Virus record (IMG/VR): IMGVR_UViG_3300048913_000259
Span: 1 to 58,072 of that record
Direction: 5' to 3' (one strand)
From: a virus
DNA: 58,072 nt
The notes under the pieces are model-generated. The model saw only the letters and a program-made list of their open reading frames with translations, searched no databases and was not told the DNA's origin. Every line of letters begins with the position of its first letter. The stretch's first letter is position 1. Of this stretch, positions 42,101-49,886 are shown piece by piece. Both the position numbers and the translations under genes were made by a program.

Positions 42101-43075
42101 CGTATGGAACTGCTGCGCGATCGCGGCCAGGCCTTCCTTCGCGAGTAGGGCATTGGCTGCTGCCTGGCCGGCGCTGGTCAAGGCGCTCGAGGCGCTGCTC
42201 GCTGCGGCCGTCGCGCTGGCGCTGGCGTTGCTGGCCGAGGTCGCGGCCTGGCTGGCGCTGGTTGCGGCATTGCCGGCCGAGGTGTTAGCGGCCGTCGCGC
42301 TGCCGGCTGCGGCGCCGGCGCTGGTGTTGGCTGCGGTCGCGCTGCCGGCTGCTGCCTGCGCGCTGGTATTGGCCGCGGTGGCGCTGCCGCTGGCGTTGGT
42401 CACAGCGGTGGCCAGGTTGGCGGCCGACGTCGCGGCGGACTGTGCGCTGCCCGAGGCCTGGCCGGCGCTGGTGCTGGCATTGCTGGCCGATTGCGCGGCG
42501 GCGCCGGCGGACTGGCCCGCGTTGTAGGCGGCCGTGTTGGCGTCGTTCCTTGCTTGCAGGGCGGTGCCGGCATAGCCCGAGGCGTTGCCGGACGAAGCGG
42601 CAGCAGCTGCGGCCGAGTTGGCCGCGGAGACAGCACTAGCCGCGGCGGCCGTTACCTGGGCGTTGGCCAGCGGCGGCAGGCGGAAGGTGTTGGAGGCGGC
42701 GACGTAGACCAGGGTGATAGGCGAAGCGCCCACCAGGTCGCCGGCCTGCGCGGCCGTGCCGTCCTGGCGCTTGATCGCGATGGCGCCCAGCGCGTTGACG
42801 TTCAGGGTGCAGGCGCCGGTGTTGTCGGCGCCCGGCAGCATCTTCACCTCGAGGCCGTCCGCATAGGCCGTGATGGCCGCGGCCAGGTCGACCGCGTAGG
42901 CATTGGCCGGGCCTTTGTTCACGGCGTAGTTGACGGTGCCGGACTTCAGCGCCAGCTCGGACGGCAGCTTGTCGAAGGCGGCGTCAACGGACTGGTCGAT
43001 GGTGTTGATGTCGCCGGCGCGCGCCTTCGTGCCCGGCGCCAGGTCGACCGGCGAGGCATAGTATTGATTCGTCAT
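39110..43075 (-). CDS. Large tail fibre / tailspike protein (1,321 aa)
   Basis: N-terminal fibre-anchor-like region, Ala/Ser-rich 14-aa repeats, and three CBM-like modules ending in FDNVSVK / DNISLKP-type strands. Confidence 0.7.
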   Translation of the reverse strand: MTNQYYASPVDLAPGTKARAGDINTIDQSVDAAFDKLPSELALKSGTVNYAVNKGPANAYAVDLAAAITAYADGLEVKMLPGADNTGACTLNVNALGAIAIKRQDGTAAQAGDLVGASPITLVYVAASNTFRLPPLANAQVTAAAASAVSAANSAAAAAASSGNASGYAGTALQARNDANTAAYNAGQSAGAAAQSASNASTSAGQASGSAQSAATSAANLATAVTNASGSATAANTSAQAAAGSATAANTSAGAAAGSATAANTSAGNAATSASQAATSASNASASATAAASSASSALTSAGQAAANALLAKEGLAAIAQQFHTGYVVDMFLYDTAKDSDGGAWRKRCKATTWENEALVPGKWLGQFGSTAAAVAAGGLVGDYFQYTGDNAFYQITQTSPATAVPNIYRGNTREFPALALIVAETGRIIIYDATQPTLPMWMVFTNKAAWNDSLLIGSTISCITALNGKLIVGESSNSQGVMVINFVADNAVSYTSTSTYGGVDNAGLSLRNTTGHTFASGTSAAGVPSIVHNTVNDVAAIVLADAPAEPATGLPMPTIAIATNGGVSVLKHDGTIVNITGQLQANNSVGFTKDRRLATTGQYQDQVRVYDIPAATITLDQQKEQYGAGVASIAITTGGACFTIGDDMYSLGAGLFRLKRNPATPVKGMVAAITNAFNSGYQVGDSRGAWLADIVAETLAEFPELVTNGTFNTDTTGWYGTNSPTLAVSASGVTVTKPTGTDVTLAQTINTTPGKTYQIQWDVTATSGNYIVGAQDNVGNNLNGTGYIGTVANKLTVQFTATTPTSTVYLQKGGASGSGTTFDNVSVKQTLVTNGNFDSNLNGWTVQAAGASTVTWSAGQARIAPDGTNSALIGQQITGLVPGRAYMLGFTVAGDPVLPVIGTTISNGNVWAPTPQAAGSYTYTFIAPQSSVWISFTRTAAGIVPLMDNISLKPVDLDRSVKSKPLMVNGSLTKAPVATGAQLVSYSGFSAANYLEQTNNTDLDFGTGDFCFLAWVIKAASGAMFILERGHTVNVAGDFSLTTDINNNLGCIYQNVAAVNSTLGIPLNIPSLVGYFRRSGKGYFTVNGVVQNVDTGAASSLTSAGAVFRVGANVPGTNAFVGQIALVRASATAPTDDQVAQIYRDELALFQPGAQCAFDGTALGVAVAAYDDVADLLHVGTSWGRSTFKGLQRVESSATSVGAVKALAGTNGAHITGGTTGARYTQPAITLRDELRRKDDARRALGRIPAPHWFTGDGTATTFTVPIGFDVYAVYRQGLLVREGSSNDYTTAFDGYRWTVTFTSAPPANFNICIMGVRNG
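42281..42406. repeat. 42-bp x3 tandem repeat (coding, GSATAANTSAxAAA)
   Basis: Units read at 42281, 42323 and 42365. Confidence 0.7.
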
Positions 43076-45354
43076 CGGGAAAGCCTTCTGTTGGAAAAGT
43101 GAATGAGCATCCCTTGCAGGGTGTGCCCAAGGTCGATCGCGCTGCTGCTGTAGAAGATCAGCGCCATGTTCAGGCCGGTGCCTTCAATGCTGAATTCCGG
43201 CGTCGTCACCAGGCGGGAGTCGTAGAAGAACCCGTCCCAATTGTCGACATCCCAATAGCCGCCGCTGCCGGTGGTTTCGCCGGTTTGCAGGCGATGGGTG
43301 CCCACGTCCGGATCGCCGTAGGAGAACTCCGGTTGGAAGCGAATCGAGGCGTAGGCCGTCGCGCTCATTTCCATGATCGCCTTGCGGAACCGCTTGCGCA
43401 GGCGCGGCGAACTGATGTTGTTGAAGGGCATGCGCAAGTAGGCCTCGATGGCCTGGCCGTCGAAGCTCGAGCCGACGTCAGCCTGGTACACATAGCCGGT
43501 GTCGGCGCCGAACAGCACCACGTCGTTGCCGGCCGCGTCTTCGCAGCTGGCGAAGCAAACCGGCTTGACCGGATAGGCCAGCTTGGTAATGCCGATCAGG
43601 CCCTGGTCGCCGAACGTCGCCACGATGCCGCTGCCGTCGCTCGAGTACAGGCGGTACTGGTTGCGGTTGCGGTAGACCACGGAGCCGATCGCGGTGGCGC
43701 GCAGCTTCGCGATCAGCGGCTGGATGGACAGGCTAATCGTGCCCTGGACGAAGTTGCCGTATGCCTGGGTGCGATCGGTGGCCACCAGGCCGCGATCGTC
43801 CAGGCCCAGCGTCTTGCTGACGGTCTGCACGGTGTACGGCAGCGCGCCCACGTCGCTCGCGATCGGCAGCAGCTGGAACGTGTCATTGGTCGAGCCGTTC
43901 AACTGGCTCGAGGCGCCGCGGGTGAAGATGGCCAGGGTGTCGCCCGGCTGCACTTCCATGCCGGTCACGTCGTCGCCCATGCCCAGCTCGTCGGCGCCGG
44001 CCAGGATCGTCCAGGCGTAGGGCGAACCGTCGCCCGAGTGCTGCACGCTGCCCTTGTAGGCCAGCCAGAGCTTTTGCTTGTGCGCCTTGATGAACTTCGG
44101 GTTGTCCGGATTCATGCCGGTGTAGATCGGCAGGAACACGGTGCCGTCGAACTCGAAAGCCGGGTTCACGCCGTCGCACGCATACATGCGCCTGGTGTCG
44201 GTGGCGCCGGTGAAGTTGTAGGTGACGAACTCGAAGCGGCCACCAGGTTGCAGGACGTTTGCCTTGTCGGCCGTCAGGACGTTGGCCACAGGCGCGCCGT
44301 TCACCTTCAGCAGCTCGCCCACCTGGAACACGCTGCCGGTGACGCCGGCGGTGGCGATCGTCACGGTACCGGCGAAGCTGTCCCATGCGCCGACGTTGAC
44401 GGCCGCCCGGGACACGACAGCGGTGGCGCCGGACGTCGCGCCGGTGATGGTGTCGCCTTCGTTGATCCGCTTTAGCTGCGGCAGGATCGTAAGGCCCGCT
44501 GCCACGTCGCCCAGCGCCAGGGCGGTGCCGCCGGCGTTCAGCGACAGCTGGAAGCTGTTGGCGGTCGGGTTGACCACGTAATAGTTCGTGTTGGCCTGCG
44601 CGGTGGCCGGGATCGTGCCGGACAGGCGCACCAGGGCGCCGGCGGCGATGCCGTGCCCGACCCACTGGACGGCGCCGCCGGACGTCGTTGCGGCCTTGCT
44701 TGGCTGCTGGATTTGCAGCGATCGGCCCAGCGGCACCAGGACCCAGCCGGCCGCGGTTGATTTGTACATGCCACAGGTGGCGCCGCCCACAGCATCGCGG
44801 AAGGCGTAGACCGTGCCCTTGTACATCCAGGCGCCGCGCACTGGCCCCTGGCCAGGTACCGGCTGGATGTCGGCGCGGTAGTTGTCGGCCGCGGCGGCCA
44901 GCGCGATCGCGTCATCCTTCACGGTGCGGTAGCCGCGCACCAGGGGATCGACGGCCAGCTGGCCCACCACGACGGCGCCGACCTTGATGCTCTCGCCACG
45001 CACGAAGGCGCCCGTTACCTTGGTGACGCACACGGCGCCCAGCGCCTGGTCGACCTTGACGGCGCGGCCGGTGGCGCCCGAGGTGGCGCCGGTGACGGTG
45101 GCGCCCAGCGCGATCACGCCGGTAATGCTGCCCTCGAGGTAGGTGTAGGTCGCGGCCGAAGGCTTCGGCCGGCCGTCCAGGCGCTCGAAGCCGTCGATGC
45201 GCTGGTAGCCGCCCATCAGGCCGGGCTCGTAGTTCACGGCCTCGAGCGCGTTGCCGGGCTTCAGGGACAGGACCGGGGAAGCCAGGTCAAGGCCGCCGTA
45301 GAACTTCACGTACTGCGTCTTGATGTCGGTCTGCGGGATCGCTACTTTTCTCAT
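43072..45354 (-). CDS. Tail structural protein (760 aa)
   Basis: Track ORF trimmed to MRKVAIPQTDIKTQYVKFYGGLDL. ATGA overlap with the upstream gene. Position lies between the adaptor and the fibres. Confidence 0.6.
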   Translation of the reverse strand: MRKVAIPQTDIKTQYVKFYGGLDLASPVLSLKPGNALEAVNYEPGLMGGYQRIDGFERLDGRPKPSAATYTYLEGSITGVIALGATVTGATSGATGRAVKVDQALGAVCVTKVTGAFVRGESIKVGAVVVGQLAVDPLVRGYRTVKDDAIALAAAADNYRADIQPVPGQGPVRGAWMYKGTVYAFRDAVGGATCGMYKSTAAGWVLVPLGRSLQIQQPSKAATTSGGAVQWVGHGIAAGALVRLSGTIPATAQANTNYYVVNPTANSFQLSLNAGGTALALGDVAAGLTILPQLKRINEGDTITGATSGATAVVSRAAVNVGAWDSFAGTVTIATAGVTGSVFQVGELLKVNGAPVANVLTADKANVLQPGGRFEFVTYNFTGATDTRRMYACDGVNPAFEFDGTVFLPIYTGMNPDNPKFIKAHKQKLWLAYKGSVQHSGDGSPYAWTILAGADELGMGDDVTGMEVQPGDTLAIFTRGASSQLNGSTNDTFQLLPIASDVGALPYTVQTVSKTLGLDDRGLVATDRTQAYGNFVQGTISLSIQPLIAKLRATAIGSVVYRNRNQYRLYSSDGSGIVATFGDQGLIGITKLAYPVKPVCFASCEDAAGNDVVLFGADTGYVYQADVGSSFDGQAIEAYLRMPFNNISSPRLRKRFRKAIMEMSATAYASIRFQPEFSYGDPDVGTHRLQTGETTGSGGYWDVDNWDGFFYDSRLVTTPEFSIEGTGLNMALIFYSSSAIDLGHTLQGMLIHFSNRRLSR

Positions 45355-46031
45355 GCCATAGGCTCCGGGGTGTCCCATTCGGGCAGATACACGCCTTCCA
45401 TCTGCGCCAGCAGGCGCTGGAATTCGGTCTGTGCTGCGGCAAACACGCCGGCGTCGCCCTCGAATCCGCCGTAGAACATCAGGGCGCGCTGCACGATCGC
45501 GTCATGGAACTTGGCCGCGAAGATCGGCACGTCGTTGGCCGCGGCCAGGGTGATCGGCGCGCGGTACTGCTCGCCGACGATGGTGTAGATGGCGTCCGGG
45601 ATCGGCCACACTTGCAGCGACTGGTCCGGGCGCTCGGTGATGATCGTGGGGCGGCCGGTGACGGTGCGGTTCTGGCCCATGACATAGACGCGCTTGAAGT
45701 CGTCGTAGGGCATGTAGCGCAGCTCCATTTCGTCGGCCACGCCGATCGCCTTGCTGTAGGCGCGCCAGTCGTCGCCGGCGAAATTCCATTCCCCGAACCC
45801 TGCCACGCCAGCCGCGGCGGCGGTGTAGATCGCGCTCGAGGTGTTGGTGTCGAAAGCCACGTCGGCGCGCAAGAATTTCCAGTCGACGTGCTTGTTCTGG
45901 ATGTAGCGATACGCCTTGATGATCCAGTTGACCAGGCGCTGTGCTTCGCCGGTCTGATTGGTGACGGAAACGACAGCGCCGGAAATGCCGGCTTCGCGCG
46001 CCAGGTCCTGGCAGAGCTCGAGGAAGTTCAT
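45351..46031 (-). CDS. Putative head-tail adaptor protein (226 aa)
   Basis: Assigned by position and size in the morphogenesis operon. No motif-level call. Confidence 0.4.
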   Translation of the reverse strand: MNFLELCQDLAREAGISGAVVSVTNQTGEAQRLVNWIIKAYRYIQNKHVDWKFLRADVAFDTNTSSAIYTAAAAGVAGFGEWNFAGDDWRAYSKAIGVADEMELRYMPYDDFKRVYVMGQNRTVTGRPTIITERPDQSLQVWPIPDAIYTIVGEQYRAPITLAAANDVPIFAAKFHDAIVQRALMFYGGFEGDAGVFAAAQTEFQRLLAQMEGVYLPEWDTPEPMA

Positions 46032-46034
46032 GCG

Positions 46035-46571
46035 TTACGCCTCCGACAGGATGCGAGCCAGCCAGGCCTGGCCGATCGGGTTGCGGTCGCGCATTTCAAA
46101 CGGGTACATATTGCCGTTGTGGGTGTCGATGCGGGTGGTGCGGTCGCCGTTCGCGTCGATGATTTCCGGGGTGGTCACGCCGAACGGCTTGGCGCGGGCC
46201 AGCACTTCGACAAACTTGCGGCGGACGATTACCCACTCGCCGCGGATCAGGCGCTGCGGGCGGCCGTCGTTCCAGACTTCCACGATCTTCGGATCATCCA
46301 GGTTCGAGGATGCGGCCACGCGCACCAGGACCTGTTCTTCCATGAAGCCGGCGTCAGCCATGTATTTCTTCAGGTGCGGATCGTCGATCGAGTGCGACAC
46401 GACGGCGTTCAGGGAATCGCGCAGTTCCTCGAGGCTGGTTTCCATGCCGAGGCCGATGCTCTTGTCCAGGTGGCCCTGGTCGATGTTCTCGCTTTCGCCG
46501 AGGCTGGTGCCGGTCAGTGCGTCGGCCGGGACGGTGGAGGCGGCGGGAGTGCGGTTGCTGCGATTGCTCAT
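46035..46571 (-). CDS. Virion-associated hypothetical protein (178 aa)
   Basis: Track ORF trimmed to MSNRSNRTPAAS, with a GGAGA SD. The longer track ORF would run through the terminator hairpin. Confidence 0.55.
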   Translation of the reverse strand: MSNRSNRTPAASTVPADALTGTSLGESENIDQGHLDKSIGLGMETSLEELRDSLNAVVSHSIDDPHLKKYMADAGFMEEQVLVRVAASSNLDDPKIVEVWNDGRPQRLIRGEWVIVRRKFVEVLARAKPFGVTTPEIIDANGDRTTRIDTHNGNMYPFEMRDRNPIGQAWLARILSEA

Positions 46572-46582
46572 GCTGTGAATCT

Positions 46583-46614
46583 CCAAAAGGAAGGGGCCGT
46601 CCGAAGACAGCCCC
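46583..46614 (-). terminator. Intrinsic terminator / stabiliser hairpin after the capsid gene block
   Basis: The minus-strand RNA reads GGGGCUGUC-UUCG-GACGGCCCC (9-bp stem, UUCG loop) followed by UUCCUUUUGG. Confidence 0.65.
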
Positions 46615-46668
46615 AAGGGGTGTTACCAGGTGTTCCCGCTTGCGCGGGATCGGTTCAGGGTCGCCGGC

Positions 46669-47172
46669 TTACGAGGCCTGCGGGCGGTTCGGCAGGGCGA
46701 TCAGGTCGGCCACCGTGTGCACGGTGCCGGCGACGTTCCAGTTGCTCACGCCGAAGGTCCAGGTGCCGCCGGCGAACGGGGTGACGTGGTTCGCCGGGTT
46801 CGCCTTGTGGACGGAGTAGGCGAAGGCGGTCAGGGTGTCCGGGATCGCCGGGAACTGCGGCGGCGCGAACTGGAAGTTGCCGTCCTGTGCGACGGTTTCG
46901 ACGGAGCCCTGGACGGCCTTGACGTTGCCGGCCGCGTCCAGGCACCACACGACGACGGTGCCCTTGCCGGCGGTCAGGGTGATCGCGTTGCCGGTCACGG
47001 CGTCGGTGGTCGGGGTGGCGCCGCCGGCCACGGTGGCCTTCGAGAGCGCCTTGCCGTAGATCGCGTACAGGATCGCGCTGGCGATGGTGAAGGTGGTGGC
47101 TGCGCCGGACAGGCCGGTGAGGCCAGCCTTGGCCAGGCAGAAGTTACCGCCGATGAGTTGTTGAGCTTGCAT
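46669..47172 (-). CDS. Head decoration / minor capsid protein candidate (167 aa)
   Basis: Position downstream of the major capsid gene; beta-rich composition. Confidence 0.4.
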   Translation of the reverse strand: MQAQQLIGGNFCLAKAGLTGLSGAATTFTIASAILYAIYGKALSKATVAGGATPTTDAVTGNAITLTAGKGTVVVWCLDAAGNVKAVQGSVETVAQDGNFQFAPPQFPAIPDTLTAFAYSVHKANPANHVTPFAGGTWTFGVSNWNVAGTVHTVADLIALPNRPQAS

Positions 47173-47201
47173 GTTGATGCGTCCTTTTCAGAGAGAGAGG
47201 A

Positions 47202-47435
47202 TTACTTGCCGACCTTCAGCTTGGTCTGAGCCACGCCGACAGTCGAATTGAAGTTGGTGCCGAGGCCGGCCACGGTGCCGCCGGCGGTGTCGAGCTTCTG
47301 GCACAGCGCGACGTTCGCCTGGCGCAGGGTTTCGATGTCCGCTTGCAGGCCGCCGATGATGTTGGCCAGCGCCAGCTTGTCGGCGTTGCCCAGCTTCAGC
47401 TTGCTGAGGGACTGAGCGAGATTGATGTCTGCCAT
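47202..47435 (-). CDS. Small virion-module protein (77 aa)
   Basis: Balanced composition; lies between the capsid gene and the decoration-like gene. Confidence 0.5.
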   Translation of the reverse strand: MADINLAQSLSKLKLGNADKLALANIIGGLQADIETLRQANVALCQKLDTAGGTVAGLGTNFNSTVGVAQTKLKVGK

Positions 47436-47489
47436 GTTGTTCCTTCCTGGAAGGCGCCGGCCTGGCTAGACCGGCACCTGGTTGCGGGA

Positions 47490-48524
47490 TTACAGGGCGG
47501 TGATGCCGACTTCAGCGACGGCCATCCAGCCCTGGTTCATGACGCCGGCGGCAAAGTAGTTCTTCGCGCCGATGTAACCACGCTGGCCCAGCGGGTCGTT
47601 CTTGTCCTTCTGGCCCGGCATGATCGCGGTGACGTCGATCGACTCTTTGCCGCGCAGCGCCACCTGTGCCCATGCGTCTTCAGCGGTGACGATGACCGGG
47701 TACACGTCGATCTGTGCGCCGGTGGTCGACACCAGGCCGGTCGCGCCGACAGCGGCGCCGGCGTCCGGGATGCCGGCCAGTTCCGGCGACAGGATGAAGC
47801 GGAACGACTCGCAGCTGCCCAGCTCCTGTTCGTGCACCAGCTTGCGCTGGCCGTAGATCGCGGTTTCCTTGAAGCCCGGCAGGTCACGGATGTCCTGCTC
47901 GACGTCGGTGCTGGCGAAGACCAGGTAGGACTGTTCGACCGAAGTGGTGCCGTACATCGGGCTTGCCGACAGCACGCCGGTGATGAACTTGCCGTGGTTG
48001 GCCTTCAGGCTGCGGGTGATCTTGCGCAGCAGCGGCAGGGTCAGCTTGGCGCTGACGGTGCTGCGGCTGGTGCCGCCGGCGTAGAACTTGTTCGTGCAGC
48101 CCTTGAAGGTGCCGTAGCGGACCATTTCGCGCACCAGGCCGAGGCGCTGGCCGGTCTGCTTCTTCATGGTGTCCACGAACACATGGCCGTCTTCGTGCAT
48201 TTCCACCATCTTGTCGGTGACGGCATACAGCACGGCGTACTGCTGCATGGTCACGTCGATGTCCTGCGGCACCAGGGTGTCAGCGGCCGGGGTGACGCCT
48301 TCCTGCACGATGTGCTTCACGGCGTCGACGGTCCACTGGTTCGGGTTCAGCTGGGTTGCGCCGTAGGGCAGCATGCGGCGGAACGACACGGTGGTGCCGC
48401 TGTTCTGCGGCATCTTCTCCTGCTGGCCGGTGATGCCCAGCACTTCGACAGGGATGGCGTAGCCGAGGATTTGGCCCTTCAGTTTATTGATACGGGCGGG
48501 GGTGTTGTAACCTTGAATTGCCAT
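47490..48524 (-). CDS. Major capsid protein (344 aa)
   Basis: Size, position after the scaffold gene, AAGGA SD, and a downstream hairpin. The sequence resembles podoviral HK97-fold capsid proteins (recall only). Confidence 0.7.
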   Translation of the reverse strand: MAIQGYNTPARINKLKGQILGYAIPVEVLGITGQQEKMPQNSGTTVSFRRMLPYGATQLNPNQWTVDAVKHIVQEGVTPAADTLVPQDIDVTMQQYAVLYAVTDKMVEMHEDGHVFVDTMKKQTGQRLGLVREMVRYGTFKGCTNKFYAGGTSRSTVSAKLTLPLLRKITRSLKANHGKFITGVLSASPMYGTTSVEQSYLVFASTDVEQDIRDLPGFKETAIYGQRKLVHEQELGSCESFRFILSPELAGIPDAGAAVGATGLVSTTGAQIDVYPVIVTAEDAWAQVALRGKESIDVTAIMPGQKDKNDPLGQRGYIGAKNYFAAGVMNQGWMAVAEVGITAL

Positions 48525-48562
48525 GATTTGGCGTCCTTAAAAAAAGAGAGAGGGGTTGCCGA

Positions 48563-49582
48563 TCACTTCCGGGTGTCTTGGAAACCGGAGAGGAAAGCGG
48601 CGTCTTCATCGACTGCGTTGGCGCCGGTAGCGCGGCCGGACGTGGCCGGCATCGCGTGTTCCAGCCGCTTGTCGCGTTGCTTGTTGGCGTCGGCCTGGGC
48701 TTGCGCCTGTGCCTGCGCCTGCGTTGCCCGGTTGGCCTTCCACGCTTTGAAGTCGTTGAAGGCCGGCACCAGCACGTCAGCTCGCCAGCTGGTGGCCAGC
48801 AGCTGCTGGGCCTGGGGCGGCAAGTTGGTGCGCCACTCCCTGAACTCATCGGAGCGCGCCAGGTCCTTCCAGTCGGGGTGCATCGTGTCGACTACCTGCT
48901 GGGATTGCTGGCGCAGCTCATGCTGAACTCGAGGGTCAGACAGCGGATCGGCCGGCGGCGTGTTGGCGGGCGCTGCTCCCGGTTCTCCGCTTGCAGCGCG
49001 ATCGCCTGACGGATCGCCATGCGCACCAGGTGCGCCGGCGCCGCCGAATTCCTCGGCCAGGTCTTCCTTCAGCAGCTGGGCGAGCTCGGGGAACTCCGCT
49101 TCGAGTCGCTTCAGCTGTTTGACGGTCGGGGCCCGGCCTTGGGCCGCTGCGGCCTGTACGGCGTCCAGGGTCTGCTTCAGTGAGCCGATCTTGCCCGCGG
49201 TGGTGTCGCGGGTGCGGGCGAGCTCCTGTTGCAGCTGGGGCACCAGGGCGGCGGCGGCCAGTAGTGCGTCCGCCTGTGCCTTGGTGATCTGCGCCGGCGC
49301 GTTGGCCTCGGCTTCTGCCGCCGCGCGCGCTTCCGCTTCGGCCGCCTGGCGGGCAGCTTCTTCAGCTGCTGCCTTGGCGGCCGGGTCTTCTTCGCCGTTG
49401 TCGTCGTCGCCGTCCAGCTTGTCGTTCACCAGCTGCTTGCCGTCTGCATCGTGTTCCAGGGTGTTGCTACTGGCAGCGGGCGTGCCCGTCGTCGTGGCAA
49501 ACCCTGCCTCGAAGTCAGCGTCAGCAGCGGCGTTCTCCGCGGCGGACAGTTCAACTACATCGTCTTGGCCATCAACTTGCAT
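48563..49582 (-). CDS. Scaffolding protein (339 aa)
   Basis: Acidic, Ala/Glu-rich and helical. GGAGAAACACA precedes the ATG at 49582. Lies between the portal and capsid genes. Confidence 0.6.
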   Translation of the reverse strand: MQVDGQDDVVELSAAENAAADADFEAGFATTTGTPAASSNTLEHDADGKQLVNDKLDGDDDNGEEDPAAKAAAEEAARQAAEAEARAAAEAEANAPAQITKAQADALLAAAALVPQLQQELARTRDTTAGKIGSLKQTLDAVQAAAAQGRAPTVKQLKRLEAEFPELAQLLKEDLAEEFGGAGAPGAHGDPSGDRAASGEPGAAPANTPPADPLSDPRVQHELRQQSQQVVDTMHPDWKDLARSDEFREWRTNLPPQAQQLLATSWRADVLVPAFNDFKAWKANRATQAQAQAQAQADANKQRDKRLEHAMPATSGRATGANAVDEDAAFLSGFQDTRK

Positions 49583-49593
49583 TGTGTTTCTCC

Positions 49594-49620
49594 ACAAACA
49601 AAAGCCGCCTCGAGGGCGGC
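49594..49620 (-). terminator. Intrinsic terminator upstream of the scaffold gene
   Basis: The minus-strand RNA reads GCCGCC-CUCGA-GGCGGC followed by UUUUGUUUGU. Confidence 0.6.
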
Positions 49621-49661
49621 AGGTACGACAAGGGGCCGGTGCTGGTCCCTGTCACTTAGTG

Positions 49662-49886
49662 CTAGTCCTGGCTTTCGCCAGCGGCCAGCAAATTCTGTAG
49701 CTGCTTGAGCTCGGCAATCCGGCCGCGCAGGCTGGCGGTCTGAACCTGGTCAAGGTTCTCGCCGTCGTTCTTGCGCCGGTGTGACTCGAGGCGCGCCGCC
49801 AGGTGGCGCACCAGCTTGGCCATCAGCACGCTATTGCGGTCGGCGTGCGTGAGCTCGAGCTCGAGAGGGTCGGTGTTCGTCGTCAT
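49662..49886 (-). CDS. Hypothetical protein (74 aa)
   Basis: ATGA overlap with the portal stop; helical composition. Confidence 0.55.
   Translation of the reverse strand: MTTNTDPLELELTHADRNSVLMAKLVRHLAARLESHRRKNDGENLDQVQTASLRGRIAELKQLQNLLAAGESQD

Noticed and set aside
47436-47489. Stem-loop GGUGCCGG-N10-CCGGCGCC after the major capsid gene, and a hairpin at 12990..13015
   Set aside because: They have plausible GC stems but no U-tract and long or very short loops. This is not enough to call them terminators.
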